A stretch of 64,000 nt of DNA from Patescibacteria group bacterium (GCA_038065495.1 JBBTQW010000001.1:44137-108136); one strand, 5' to 3'; positions 28,394 to 37,786 are shown, numbered from the stretch's first letter. Notes: generated by a model from the letters alone, not told the origin. Made by a program: numbers and translations.

Positions 28394-30578
28394 GAAATTA
28401 CTGATTGTCGAGTCGCCGGCGAAAGCGAAAACGATTGCCAAATATCTGGATGGCGAGTACACCGTGCGCGCGAGCGTCGGGCATATTCGTGATCTGCCGA
28501 AGAGTAATAAAAACGCGATTGATATCGAGGCCGGCTTCGTGCCGAATTATGTGATTAGTCCAGGGAAAGAAAAAGTGGTGAGTGAATTGAAAAGCTTGGC
28601 CAAGAAGGCTGAGAAAACGGTGCTCGCGACAGATCCGGACCGTGAAGGTGAAGCAATCGCTTGGCACATTAAGGAAGCACTGGGCTTGAAGAATCCGGAC
28701 AGAATCGTGTTCCATGAGATTACGAAAGAAGCCGTGCAAGAAGCGGCCGAACATCCAAGAAAAATTGATGAAAATTTAAGATCAGCGCAAGAGGCGCGAC
28801 GCGTGCTCGACAGACTATTTGGTTATGACTTGTCTGGTTTGATCTGGCAGAAGTTGCGCTACGGTTTATCAGCTGGCCGCGTGCAGTCCCCCGCGCTAAG
28901 AATCTTGGTGGAACGCGAACGCGAGATTAAAGCGTTTATTCCGGAAAAATTCTGGGTGCTGGAAGCGCTGTTGGCTACTAAAGAAAAAAAAGAAATCTTG
29001 TTTACTTGCGTAGAAGAGCCGAAGACGCAAGAAAGCGCTGACGAGATTGTGAATCTAGCGAAAAAATCAGACTGGCAAGTGGCGAGCGTCAAACAAACGC
29101 CAACGAAACGCTCGCCGCGCGCACCGTTTACGACATCAACGCTCCAGCAAGCGGCTTCTTCTCGTCTCGGCTACTCACCGTCTATCACAATGCGACTGGC
29201 GCAGAAGCTGTATGAAGCCGGTCACATCACTTACATGCGCACGGACAGCACTAATCTATCCCAACAAGCGCTGGCTGAAATTGCTGGTTTGGTGGAAACA
29301 CAATTTGGTCAGAAATATTTGCAAGTCAGAAAGTATGCGACTAAATCGAAGAACGCGCAGGAAGCGCATGAGGCGATCCGGCCATCTCACGCAAGTAATC
29401 TGAATGCTGGCAATTCGCCGCAAGAGCAGAAACTTTACAAATTAATCTGGTCACGCGCGGTGGCGAGTCAGATGAAAGACGCTGAGATGCTGAAAACAGA
29501 AATTATTGCGCAAGCTCGCCCCGCCAATGGCGGGGCAGGTGAGAAAAAAGTTCCTGATTTTAAAACTTTGGGATCAGTCATCACTTTCGACGGCTGGCTC
29601 AAAGCTGACCCGGCCGCGCGCGGCGAAGACGTGGAATTGCCAAAAATTTCTGACGGCGAAAAGCTTGATCTCAAAAATATCAACGCGCTTGGTAAAGAAA
29701 CGCAACCGCCGAAGAGATATAGTGAAGCTGGCCTCGTGAAAGAATTGGAAAAGCGCGGGATTGGCCGACCGAGCACTTATGCGCCCACCATCAAGACGAT
29801 TATTGATCGCGGTTATGTGGAAAAGGTGGAACGCAGTCTCAAGCCGACAGAAACGGGCGAAGTGGTGAGTAGCTTTTTGGAAGAAAATTTTGCCAGCTAT
29901 ATCAGCGACGACTTCACTCGCGAGATGGAAGATAAGCTGGACTTGATCGCGACTGGCGAACATGAGTATGTGAAGACGCTGAAAGATTTCTACGGCCCCT
30001 TCAAGAAAGAAATCGCGTCGAAGAAAAAATTGCCGAAAATTACTAATCTTGGGGCTGCGCCGGCTGATCTGCTCTGCCCGGTCTGTGGTAGCGCAATGAT
30101 TATCAAACTCAGTCGCTCTGGCAAATTTTATTCTTGTTCACGATTCCCAGACTGCGTGGGAGCGCGCAAGATGGACGGGAATGTGATGGAAGGGCCGAAA
30201 GAAACGGGCGAGCTCTGCCCAGACTGCAAAGACGGCAAATTGATCGAGCGCGAAGGTAAATTTGGTAAGTTTATTGCTTGCAGTAATTATCCGAAGTGCA
30301 AATTTATCAAAAAAGATCCAAGCCAAGAAGCAGCCGGCGATACTGGCGTAACTTGCACAGTTTGTAAGAAAGGCACGATGCGCGAGAAGCGCGGGAGATT
30401 TGGCATATTCTATGGTTGCTCAAATTATCCGGACTGCAAAAATATTATTAAAACCAAACCAACTGGCAAGATCTGCGAGATGTGTGGCGCGCTAATGATG
30501 GCGGGGACGAAAACGATTCCGGACAGATGCTCGAACAAAGCCTGCGCCAATCACAATCCGCACAAGCTGATGAAATAA
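28392..30578 (+). CDS. topA: DNA topoisomerase I with C-terminal zinc ribbons
   Basis: IVESPAKAKTI, DPDREGE, SAGRVQ, ITYMRTD, GIGRPSTY, four CxxC ribbon repeats. Confidence 0.97.
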   Translation: MKLLIVESPAKAKTIAKYLDGEYTVRASVGHIRDLPKSNKNAIDIEAGFVPNYVISPGKEKVVSELKSLAKKAEKTVLATDPDREGEAIAWHIKEALGLKNPDRIVFHEITKEAVQEAAEHPRKIDENLRSAQEARRVLDRLFGYDLSGLIWQKLRYGLSAGRVQSPALRILVEREREIKAFIPEKFWVLEALLATKEKKEILFTCVEEPKTQESADEIVNLAKKSDWQVASVKQTPTKRSPRAPFTTSTLQQAASSRLGYSPSITMRLAQKLYEAGHITYMRTDSTNLSQQALAEIAGLVETQFGQKYLQVRKYATKSKNAQEAHEAIRPSHASNLNAGNSPQEQKLYKLIWSRAVASQMKDAEMLKTEIIAQARPANGGAGEKKVPDFKTLGSVITFDGWLKADPAARGEDVELPKISDGEKLDLKNINALGKETQPPKRYSEAGLVKELEKRGIGRPSTYAPTIKTIIDRGYVEKVERSLKPTETGEVVSSFLEENFASYISDDFTREMEDKLDLIATGEHEYVKTLKDFYGPFKKEIASKKKLPKITNLGAAPADLLCPVCGSAMIIKLSRSGKFYSCSRFPDCVGARKMDGNVMEGPKETGELCPDCKDGKLIEREGKFGKFIACSNYPKCKFIKKDPSQEAAGDTGVTCTVCKKGTMREKRGRFGIFYGCSNYPDCKNIIKTKPTGKICEMCGALMMAGTKTIPDRCSNKACANHNPHKLMK

Positions 30579-30592
30579 GTTAGAATAGACTT

Positions 30593-31147
30593 ATGCCGAG
30601 CTGGCACATATTACTTACAATCACTCACCTCTTCGGCCTCGCGCTGGGCGCTGGCGGGGCCTTCGCGAGCGATTGGATCTTCCTCCTTAGCGCTCATGAT
30701 AGTCATATCTCGCGCACCGAGACGCGCTTCTTGAGCCTCGGCAGTAAGCTCGTCTGGACGGGCGTGGCGATTCTCGCTCTATCCGGCTTGGGTTTATTCT
30801 TACTCGATCCCACTCGCCTGCTCGCTTCGCCCAAGTTCCTCGCCAAGATGAGCGTTATTCTGATAATTATCTTGAACGGCATCTCGTTCCACTTTCTGCA
30901 CTTGCCCAGAATTAGACGCCATGCCGGCGAACACTTCCCCTCCTCCGACGAATTTATGCGTTACCGCTTCCCGCTCGTCGCGAGTGGCGCAATCTCCTTC
31001 GTCTCCTGGTCCAGCGCGCTCATCCTCGGTGCTTGGCGATCAGTTCCCTTTTCTTATCCCCAGATCATGCTCGTTTATCTCGCTACGCTGATTATCGCCA
31101 TTCTCGTATCTTATTTAGCCAGAAAAAAGCTTGTGCCGGATGAGTGA
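30593..31147 (+). CDS. Multi-pass membrane protein
   Basis: About five hydrophobic helices, HLFGLALGAGG, SPKFLAKM. Confidence 0.7.
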   Translation: MPSWHILLTITHLFGLALGAGGAFASDWIFLLSAHDSHISRTETRFLSLGSKLVWTGVAILALSGLGLFLLDPTRLLASPKFLAKMSVILIIILNGISFHFLHLPRIRRHAGEHFPSSDEFMRYRFPLVASGAISFVSWSSALILGAWRSVPFSYPQIMLVYLATLIIAILVSYLARKKLVPDE

Positions 31148-31252
31148 GTTTTTAAAGCTTAACAAATAAAGTGCAATATGCTAGGCTGGGATGTCAGATC
31201 GTTGAAAAGCAAATAAACCCCGTTTTTTGGCCCTAGGTCAAAAGGAGATTGT

Positions 31253-31474
31253 ATGTCGCTTGAACTAGCATGGAAATCTATCAGAGTCTTTGGGCTTTTT
31301 TGGATGTTCGGCTTTTTCGCCAGTGGGACACTCTTGGCGCAGGTAATGATTGGGACCAGACCACTGATCTTCGTGAACGGAGTGGTCTTTGTCATGGTCT
31401 ACATGACTGGAGCGCTGAGGGGTGTCAGATACAACATCGACCACCTCTTCATGAAACCTCCCGCCGACAATTAA
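31253..31474 (+). CDS. Orphan 2-TM small protein (cassette type)
   Basis: SD AAAGGAG, promoter TTAACA-N17-TAGGCT, terminator at about 31495-31535. Confidence 0.55.
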   Translation: MSLELAWKSIRVFGLFWMFGFFASGTLLAQVMIGTRPLIFVNGVVFVMVYMTGALRGVRYNIDHLFMKPPADN

Positions 31475-31558
31475 CGCGTAGATCTACCACATTGGCACAT
31501 TTGGCCTAACAAACCAGATGTGCTTTTTTCTTTTTCTAAAAACTAAACCGTAAAATTT

Positions 31559-31963
31559 CTATTCAAAAACTTTTTCCTTCAAAGCGCTGGCAACAAATTC
31601 GTCGAGATCTTCTTGCTTAGCCATTTCTGCCACTGTCAACCAGAGGAAAGCATCATGCTCCGGACTTAATTTAACTTTGCCATCAGCAGTCGAAAGATAA
31701 CTTAGACGAACCACTTGCTTATCAGCTCTGATAATATCTTGCGCTAGAAAAAGTTGTGGCGACGAAGTGAGCACGAGACCTGTTTCTTCTTCAACTTCTC
31801 TCGCTAAATTGGTAATTAAGTCAGTTCCGGGTTCAATCCGTCCACCAACAACGTCCCAAATGCCATTTACCAAATGCCGATTCTCAGGCGCACGACGCAC
31901 CAGTAAATATTTGCCGTCTTTATTTTTGAGAAAAGCTTTTACTCCCACTTGTAATGGCAACAT
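31559..31963 (-). CDS. NUDIX hydrolase
   Basis: GGRIEPG...AREVEEETGL Nudix box. Confidence 0.9.
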   Translation of the reverse strand: MLPLQVGVKAFLKNKDGKYLLVRRAPENRHLVNGIWDVVGGRIEPGTDLITNLAREVEEETGLVLTSSPQLFLAQDIIRADKQVVRLSYLSTADGKVKLSPEHDAFLWLTVAEMAKQEDLDEFVASALKEKVFE

Positions 31964-31965
31964 AT

Positions 31966-32910
31966 TTAAACTGTGAAATTTTTGAGATTATAAAGCTCGG
32001 CCTCGTCGTCAGGCGAGCTATCGTCTATTGCTTCTGGTAAAACTTCTGAAACATTTTCCGGAATCGGCGAGGCTTGTTGGAACTGCGGCGAGTTTAATAA
32101 ATCAAAAATTTGCGAGAGATCGTCATTGGAGAAAAAGTCGATAGTCACTTTGCCACCTACCTCTTTTTTTTCTACGCGCACGCGGGTGCCCAGTTTCTCG
32201 GTCAACTTCTGCTCTAGTTCCACGATCGTTGGATCAACGAGATAATTCTTGTTACGAACTTTCTCATGTGCCACTCTTCTGGCGAGACTTTCGGCCTCAC
32301 GCACGGTCAGTTTGCGCGTCATAATTTCTTGGAAGAGCGTTTGCTGTTCGGCTGGCCGGTCACCAAGCATCAAGAGCGGTCGGGTGTGACCCTCAGAAAT
32401 TTTCCCATCAGCCAGCGCTTGGATCATCTCGGCTGGTAGAGCGAGTAGGCGAATCGAATTAGAAACATACTCTCGACTCTTGCCCACGCGCTTGGCCACC
32501 TCCACATGCGTGAGTTTGAAGTCTTGGACAAGTTGCTGGAAGGCGCTGGCGCGATCCACCGGATTCAAGTCTTCGCGTTGCAAGTTCTCGATAATCGCCA
32601 TCTCCAGCTTGAGCTTATCGCTCTGCTCGCCGTCGCGGATCACCGCCGGCACTTGCGAGATGCCGGCTAGCTTAGACGCCCGCCAACGCCGCTCGCCAGC
32701 AATCAGTTCGTACTCCACGGCTAATCCCCCATCTGGCCGGGCAAATTCTTGTCTTGTCACCACCAGTGGCTGGAGCACGCCGTATTGCCGGATCGAATCG
32801 GCCAAGGCGCGGAGCTTGTCTTCGTCAAAGTCATGCCGCGGCTGAAAAGGATTCGGCTTGATCTTATCAACCTCAATCCAGAAGATAGCGTTATTGTAAG
32901 TCTCGCTCAT
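31966..32910 (-). CDS. parB: ParB/Spo0J chromosome partitioning protein
   Basis: PNPFQPR, GVLQPL, LIAGERRWRA, ENLQREDL, HTH. Confidence 0.93.
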   Translation of the reverse strand: MSETYNNAIFWIEVDKIKPNPFQPRHDFDEDKLRALADSIRQYGVLQPLVVTRQEFARPDGGLAVEYELIAGERRWRASKLAGISQVPAVIRDGEQSDKLKLEMAIIENLQREDLNPVDRASAFQQLVQDFKLTHVEVAKRVGKSREYVSNSIRLLALPAEMIQALADGKISEGHTRPLLMLGDRPAEQQTLFQEIMTRKLTVREAESLARRVAHEKVRNKNYLVDPTIVELEQKLTEKLGTRVRVEKKEVGGKVTIDFFSNDDLSQIFDLLNSPQFQQASPIPENVSEVLPEAIDDSSPDDEAELYNLKNFTV

Positions 32911-32932
32911 TTCTGCTATTTTAACACAAGTT

Positions 32933-33018
32933 GCCGGAGTGGCGGAATGGCATACGCATACGACTCAAAATCGTACGACCGCAAGGTCTTGTGGGTTCAA
33001 GTCCCACCTCCGGCACCA
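32933..33018 (+). tRNA. tRNA-Leu(CAA)
   Basis: tacga-ctCAAaa-tcgta, long variable arm, encoded CCA. Confidence 0.95.
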
Positions 33019-33021
33019 ATT

Positions 33022-33093
33022 GCTCTCGTCTTTCAATGGATAGGATATCTCCCTCCGAAGGAGATGATGCAGGTTCGATTCCTGCCGAGAGCA
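33022..33093 (+). tRNA. tRNA-Arg(CCG)
   Basis: gctctcg/cgagagc acceptor, tctcc-ctCCGaa-ggaga. Confidence 0.93.
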
Positions 33094-33150
33094 CAGTCAA
33101 ATAAAAAAAACCGGACGTTGGTGGTCCGGTTTGAGCGTGATCAGTAAAAG

Positions 33151-33345
33151 CTAGTAAAGAATCGGTCCGTGGAAATCTTCCGCGGTAAGCCGCCGTGAAC
33201 GCTCAATTGCTTCCAACTCTTCGCGAGCGGCCTCACGAAACTCACTCACAATCCGCTCATGACGAATTCTGGCTTCCGCACTTGAGGCAAGAAGTTTACC
33301 AATTTCAGTTTCTTCAACCCGAAGAATTCGCGGTTTAAGACGCAT
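33151..33345 (-). CDS. Orphan 64-aa protein (cassette type)
   Basis: SD AAGGAG; terminator accgga/tccggt with T-tract at about 33103-33131. Confidence 0.5.
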   Translation of the reverse strand: MRLKPRILRVEETEIGKLLASSAEARIRHERIVSEFREAAREELEAIERSRRLTAEDFHGPILY

Positions 33346-33511
33346 ACTAGTTTTCTCCTTGTTACAGTTTACAAATGTGCGACTATGTCTATACTACATA
33401 AATTATGACCAAAAACAAAATCCTCGTCCTCCTCGGATCAACGGCCAGTGACAAAATAACAGAATAAAAAAGTGCCGTCCGTCTTGGTAGACGAACGGCA
33501 CTGGGATGGAA

Positions 33512-34375
33512 TCATGGTTTGGCAATCACCACTTGATCCTTCTTCCTGAATCGAGCAGTTGCTCGAACAATCGGCAGGACCACCAGAGCGGCAAATTGTG
33601 AGAAAGGACTTTCTTGAAGCCCGTCAGTATGGCTCTTGACCATATCGGCGAGCTCCTGTTCCTCCTCCAAGATAGTGTCGTAGCCGGGCCAGTCGATGGG
33701 GTCTTCTCCCGTATAATTGGCCCAGATCCGAGCAGCGTCCTTCTTGGACCTCTCATACTCCTCTTTCGCACCACGACGATAAACCTCCCAAGCGTGCATG
33801 ATCATCATGTCATACATACGGAAGATTGTTTTGATCCGCCGATCAGCCACCAAAGCCTTGAGCAACGACCCTACTAAGACCGCACCGAAGGCCAGGACGA
33901 AAGAAGCATAAGTCGGCTGCACTGGTTGCTCGAAGTTGACCCAAGGGATGAAGGCTTTACCAAAGGTAAAGCCGAACCCGCCGAGGATTGCGGTACGACC
34001 AAGTGCTTTGGCCAACCCAATCCGTTTGGTGGATTGAGTGATTTCTTGGATCCGGTGCTCGCGCTCCTTAATGGCTCGTTGTTCAAGCTCTTCCACATCG
34101 TGACGTCGTCGCTCGATACCTCGCGCCAAGGAAACAATCACCGTCTTGAGACCAGAGAGGAACTGCCATTCGGCTGTCCCAATCCGGGCCTCATACCTAC
34201 GGCAGACCTTCTCAAAATCACTAACCGACTCGGAAGCAAGCTTGAGAGTGGGTCGAGTTGAGCCACCATTCATGCTCGCCAGATAGTAACAGTAGGCAAT
34301 GTCGAGAACTCGGTCTGGTGTATAGAACGCCAAGGCCGAGTCCTTCTTTCGCGAACTCTTTCTCTTCATGTTCAT
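33512..34375 (-). CDS. Hypothetical coiled-coil plus 2-TM protein
   Basis: Start overlaps the upstream stop (TGATG); terminator at 33466-33502. Confidence 0.65.
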   Translation of the reverse strand: MNMKRKSSRKKDSALAFYTPDRVLDIAYCYYLASMNGGSTRPTLKLASESVSDFEKVCRRYEARIGTAEWQFLSGLKTVIVSLARGIERRRHDVEELEQRAIKEREHRIQEITQSTKRIGLAKALGRTAILGGFGFTFGKAFIPWVNFEQPVQPTYASFVLAFGAVLVGSLLKALVADRRIKTIFRMYDMMIMHAWEVYRRGAKEEYERSKKDAARIWANYTGEDPIDWPGYDTILEEEQELADMVKSHTDGLQESPFSQFAALVVLPIVRATARFRKKDQVVIAKP

Positions 34376-35193
34376 CAACCCTCGGGAGTAAGCTGGTTGG
34401 CGTCGTCCTCTTGACTACTGTGACTGTCGTGAGAATCGTGACCGGAATCAGTGATTTCGATATCGTCAGCCCCCTTCACAGCTACGCTGTCGTAGAGACT
34501 ATCGATACGACTCTCCTGCAATCTAAGAAACGGCACATTCTCTATCTTACGCAGAAGGCGCAAGCCATCAGGCGTAAAGATCAGGATTGTGCCAGCCAGA
34601 AGGAGCATCTGTTCGGCCGCATCGGGATACTGATAGCTCACAGTTTTAGAACCGCGAGCCAGCGAGTCATCCTTCTTGCCAAACTGATAATGCTCAATCG
34701 AGTTGGGCGAGAGAACCCAACGATCGTTCAGCCTTGTGTCAACAAACATGAGCGCCCCCAACATCGACAAGATAACACTGATAGTCAAGCCAAAGTTCGG
34801 ACTGTATGCCGGCTTCAGCTCCCAGAAGGTGTTCATGATTGTACTCAAGAACAAGACATTCTTGACATCTCTAAGCCACAAGCCACCGACCCAAAGCAGA
34901 GCAACCGCGACAAGAGTAAAAATCGTCTGGTCGCGAGAGAGCTCAAAGCCGAGCGCGATGACCACCAGCGTCAAGGCTGTAATGTAGGTCCAACCCGCCG
35001 CCTCTGGACTAATCCAGGCGTAATGAGTTGGTACCCACAGCAGAAACCCGAGAAGCCAGATGGGCCAGAAGAAGATGAACTTGGGATACGCGTACACAAC
35101 AATCTTGGTGGGATCGCGTTCCCGCTTGAAGACGCAGACGCAAGCACTGCAGACCTTCTTCACCGCGGACAAGGGATTAAACTTAAACGACAT
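34375..35193 (-). CDS. Hypothetical multi-pass membrane protein with soluble C-terminal domain
   Basis: SD GGAGG, about four TMs, acidic tail; leader GCTCTTTGAAAA. Confidence 0.7.
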   Translation of the reverse strand: MSFKFNPLSAVKKVCSACVCVFKRERDPTKIVVYAYPKFIFFWPIWLLGFLLWVPTHYAWISPEAAGWTYITALTLVVIALGFELSRDQTIFTLVAVALLWVGGLWLRDVKNVLFLSTIMNTFWELKPAYSPNFGLTISVILSMLGALMFVDTRLNDRWVLSPNSIEHYQFGKKDDSLARGSKTVSYQYPDAAEQMLLLAGTILIFTPDGLRLLRKIENVPFLRLQESRIDSLYDSVAVKGADDIEITDSGHDSHDSHSSQEDDANQLTPEG

Positions 35194-35354
35194 ACCGTTC
35201 CTCCAGTGGTGCCGCCAGGCACCAAAAAGTTTTCAAAGAGCGTTCCAAACCATTGGAAGCCAGCAAGAGGTTAGCATACTACACTTTATTTGTCAATAGC
35301 CAAATTCTCCACCCCTGTTTGTGCTCTTGGGACAAAGAGTTTAAGGTGATAATA

Positions 35355-36248
35355 ATGAAAGTCCCCCATTTCCTCGTCATCCTCGGACCAACGGCCTCTG
35401 GCAAGTCAGGACTGGCTGTTAAATTAGCCAAAAAGTTTGATGGTGAAATAATCAGCGCTGACTCCAGACAAGTTTATCGCGGTTTAGATATCGGCGCGGG
35501 GAAAATTACAAAACGCGAAATGCAGAATGTGCCACACTATTTATTAGACGTGGCGAATCCGAAACGCGTGTTTTCTGTCGCGCAATATCAGAAATTGGCA
35601 AAGCAAAAAATTAGAGAGATTCTAGCGAGAAATAAATTGCCAATCATCTGCGGCGGCACGGGCTTCTATATTCAGGCTGTTGTTGATGATTTAGTGTTAC
35701 CAGAAGTGCAAGCTAATCTGAAATTACGTGAGAGCTTAGCGAGAAAAAATCCGGAAGAGTTATTTAAGATTCTGCAGAAATTAGACAAGACTAGAGCGCA
35801 GAATATTGATAAAAATAATCCGAGAAGATTAATTAGAGCAATTGAAATTGCGAAAAGTTTGGGTCAGGTGCCGAATTTTAATAAAAATAAAAAAGCTGAG
35901 AATGAAAATAAGAACATTGTAATCATTGGTCTCAATCCCCCAGCCGAAAAACTAAAAAAACTAATCAAGATTAGACTAGAAAAAAGATTAAAATCTGGAC
36001 TGATTACGGAAGTGAGAAATTTGCATGAGCAAGAGAAGTTGAGCTGGAAGAGATTAGAAAACTTGGGACTAGAATATAAATTTGTCGCGCTATTCCTCCA
36101 GAAAAAAATAAAAGATAAGAAAGAATTCACAGAAAAATTAAATACCGCGATTTGGCATTATGCGAAGAGGCAAATGACTTGGTTCAAGCGCGACGAACGA
36201 ATACGCTGGCTGACAGAAAAACAAGCGTTGAAGTTAAAGCTGAAATAA
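35355..36248 (+). CDS. miaA: tRNA dimethylallyltransferase
   Basis: GPTASGKS, SADSRQVY, GGTGFY, YAKRQMTWF. Confidence 0.95.
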   Translation: MKVPHFLVILGPTASGKSGLAVKLAKKFDGEIISADSRQVYRGLDIGAGKITKREMQNVPHYLLDVANPKRVFSVAQYQKLAKQKIREILARNKLPIICGGTGFYIQAVVDDLVLPEVQANLKLRESLARKNPEELFKILQKLDKTRAQNIDKNNPRRLIRAIEIAKSLGQVPNFNKNKKAENENKNIVIIGLNPPAEKLKKLIKIRLEKRLKSGLITEVRNLHEQEKLSWKRLENLGLEYKFVALFLQKKIKDKKEFTEKLNTAIWHYAKRQMTWFKRDERIRWLTEKQALKLKLK

Positions 36249-36603
36249 GACAATACAAGCACCAAGCGTTAATCACGAAAGCTTGGAGATAAACGAAAGC
36301 AAGCGAGGCCGAGAACGCAAGCAAACTGAGCCACCAGACTACTTTGATCAACTTTTTATTCGGCTGTTGAAGGTTAAGTAAGATTAAAATAAAAACCGTG
36401 AGATAGAAAAGCGCGCCAAGCAGAGCGACTGGCACGCCAGCGATCTGGGAATAGACACTATTCGTGACCGTATCGCAACCAGCTAGGATAGTACACGGGA
36501 TAGGCGTGCCAGTGTAGTGCTTGATCGTGAGAAAAGTGGCATCGGCAAAGCCAATGAAGCTAAGCGCTAAGAGCGTCAGTGATAAGTTTTTTGAATTCAT
36601 CAT
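36184..36603 (-). CDS. Vitamin K epoxide reductase family protein
   Basis: C..GCDTVTNS.Y, GVPVALLG, CLYC. Confidence 0.88.
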   Translation of the reverse strand: MMNSKNLSLTLLALSFIGFADATFLTIKHYTGTPIPCTILAGCDTVTNSVYSQIAGVPVALLGALFYLTVFILILLNLQQPNKKLIKVVWWLSLLAFSASLAFVYLQAFVINAWCLYCLISALTSTLVFLSASVFVRRA

Positions 36604-37324
36604 AACTTTTAGGATTAGTGATCTTGCCGCCGTTTAAGTAAAAAGTGGGTGTCCCCTCCACGCCCGAGCGCAAGCCACTCTGATAATGTTGCTCGATTTT
36701 ATCTTTTACTATTTTGGTATCAATATCAACTTCGAGTTTAGTGAGATTAACGCCGGTATTTTTTATTAAATTTACTAGTGTCTCGCGCGCGGCAATCTGC
36801 TCGGACCAAGCCTGCTGACCAGCATAGATTGCATCGGCGGCTAACCAGAACTTGCCCTGCAAACCAGCCGCCTCGACTACTTGTGAGGCCAGTTGAGCGT
36901 TCGCGTGATTCTGGCGGAGTGGGAAGTGGCGGAAGGTCACACCAATCTTATCACCAAACTCCTCACGCAACTGCGTTACCCAAGTAGCATAAAAGGCGCA
37001 AGCTGGGCATTGGAAGTCGCCATACTCCACCAATTGCACTGGAGATTCTTGACTACCAGCCGTCCAATCTGCGGCGGTCACCGGATCAGCCAGCTTGCCC
37101 GCCACAGCGCCAGCGCCTGGAGGCGTGACTGTGGCGAGTTTATATAAACCAAAAACCGTGCCAGCGAGAATCAATACTGCGAGTAACCAGGGCCAGAGTT
37201 TGCGTCCAGAATTACCACCACTACTCGCGCTAGCGCTGGAATTGCTATTCTTCTGCTTTTGCCGCGCCTCGCGCTCTTGCTCGTAAAGTTCTTTGGGACT
37301 CAAATTAGATTGATTTTCAGTCAT
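36560..37324 (-). CDS. Membrane-anchored DsbA-family thiol-disulfide oxidoreductase
   Basis: EYGDFQCPAC, RHFPL, GTPTF. Confidence 0.9.
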   Translation of the reverse strand: MTENQSNLSPKELYEQEREARQKQKNSNSSASASSGGNSGRKLWPWLLAVLILAGTVFGLYKLATVTPPGAGAVAGKLADPVTAADWTAGSQESPVQLVEYGDFQCPACAFYATWVTQLREEFGDKIGVTFRHFPLRQNHANAQLASQVVEAAGLQGKFWLAADAIYAGQQAWSEQIAARETLVNLIKNTGVNLTKLEVDIDTKIVKDKIEQHYQSGLRSGVEGTPTFYLNGGKITNPKSYDEFKKLITDALSA

Positions 37325-37347
37325 AATTCCTATATCCTACCAGATAA

Positions 37348-37419
37348 GGGCCTATAGTTTCAATGGTAAAACAGCGGTCTCCAAAACCGTAGTTCCCCGT
37401 TCGAGTCGGGGTGGGCCCG
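37348..37419 (+). tRNA. tRNA-Trp(CCA)
   Basis: gggccta/tgggccc acceptor, gcggt-ctCCAaa-accgt. Confidence 0.93.
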
Positions 37420-37445
37420 CCTTCGCTAGCGCTTCGGCGGGCAAG
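37417..37445. repeat. Short REP-like palindromic element (copy 2) at the tRNA-Trp 3' end
   Basis: ccgccttcgctagcgcttcggcgggcaag. Confidence 0.5.
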
Positions 37446-37497
37446 CCCGCTTTACCACAATCCGTAAACCCGCTTTAGCAAAATTTGCTCTACTAGC

Positions 37498-37656
37498 CTA
37501 CTTTTTGATCTCTTTGTGAGTCGTGTGTTTGCGGCACCAGCGACAGTGCTTCTTGGTCTCAATCTTGCGCTCCACGAGCTTGCGATTTTTCCGGCTCCAG
37601 TAATTAACCCGTTTGCAGGTCGTGCAGGCCAGCCGAATCAGTTGATCTTGTGACAT
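37498..37656 (-). CDS. rpmG: 50S ribosomal protein L33 (zinc-binding type)
   Basis: Translated by hand: MSQDQLIRLACTTCKRVNYWSRKNRKLVERKIETKKHCRWCRKHTTHKEIKK. Confidence 0.93.
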   Translation of the reverse strand: MSQDQLIRLACTTCKRVNYWSRKNRKLVERKIETKKHCRWCRKHTTHKEIKK

Positions 37657-37699
37657 AGGTAGATAAGACTAATATAAAACGAGAAAAAGAGCAAATAAC

Positions 37700-37786
37700 T
37701 GGTGCGCCGGGCAGGATTCGAACCTGCGTAGCCCAATGGGCGACAGATTTACAGTCTGTTGTAATTGACCACTCTACCACCGACGC
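37700..37786 (-). tRNA. tRNA-Tyr(GTA)
   Basis: Reverse complement: acaga-ctGTAaa-tctgt, long variable arm, CCA end. Confidence 0.95.

Noticed and set aside
32749-33147. ORFs overlapping tRNAs (also 16559-16959 and 47817-48038)
   Set aside because: Spurious translations of tRNA genes.
34258-35274. 338-aa plus-strand ORF
   Set aside because: Antisense to the SD-led membrane gene, which has promoter, TM helices and translational coupling.
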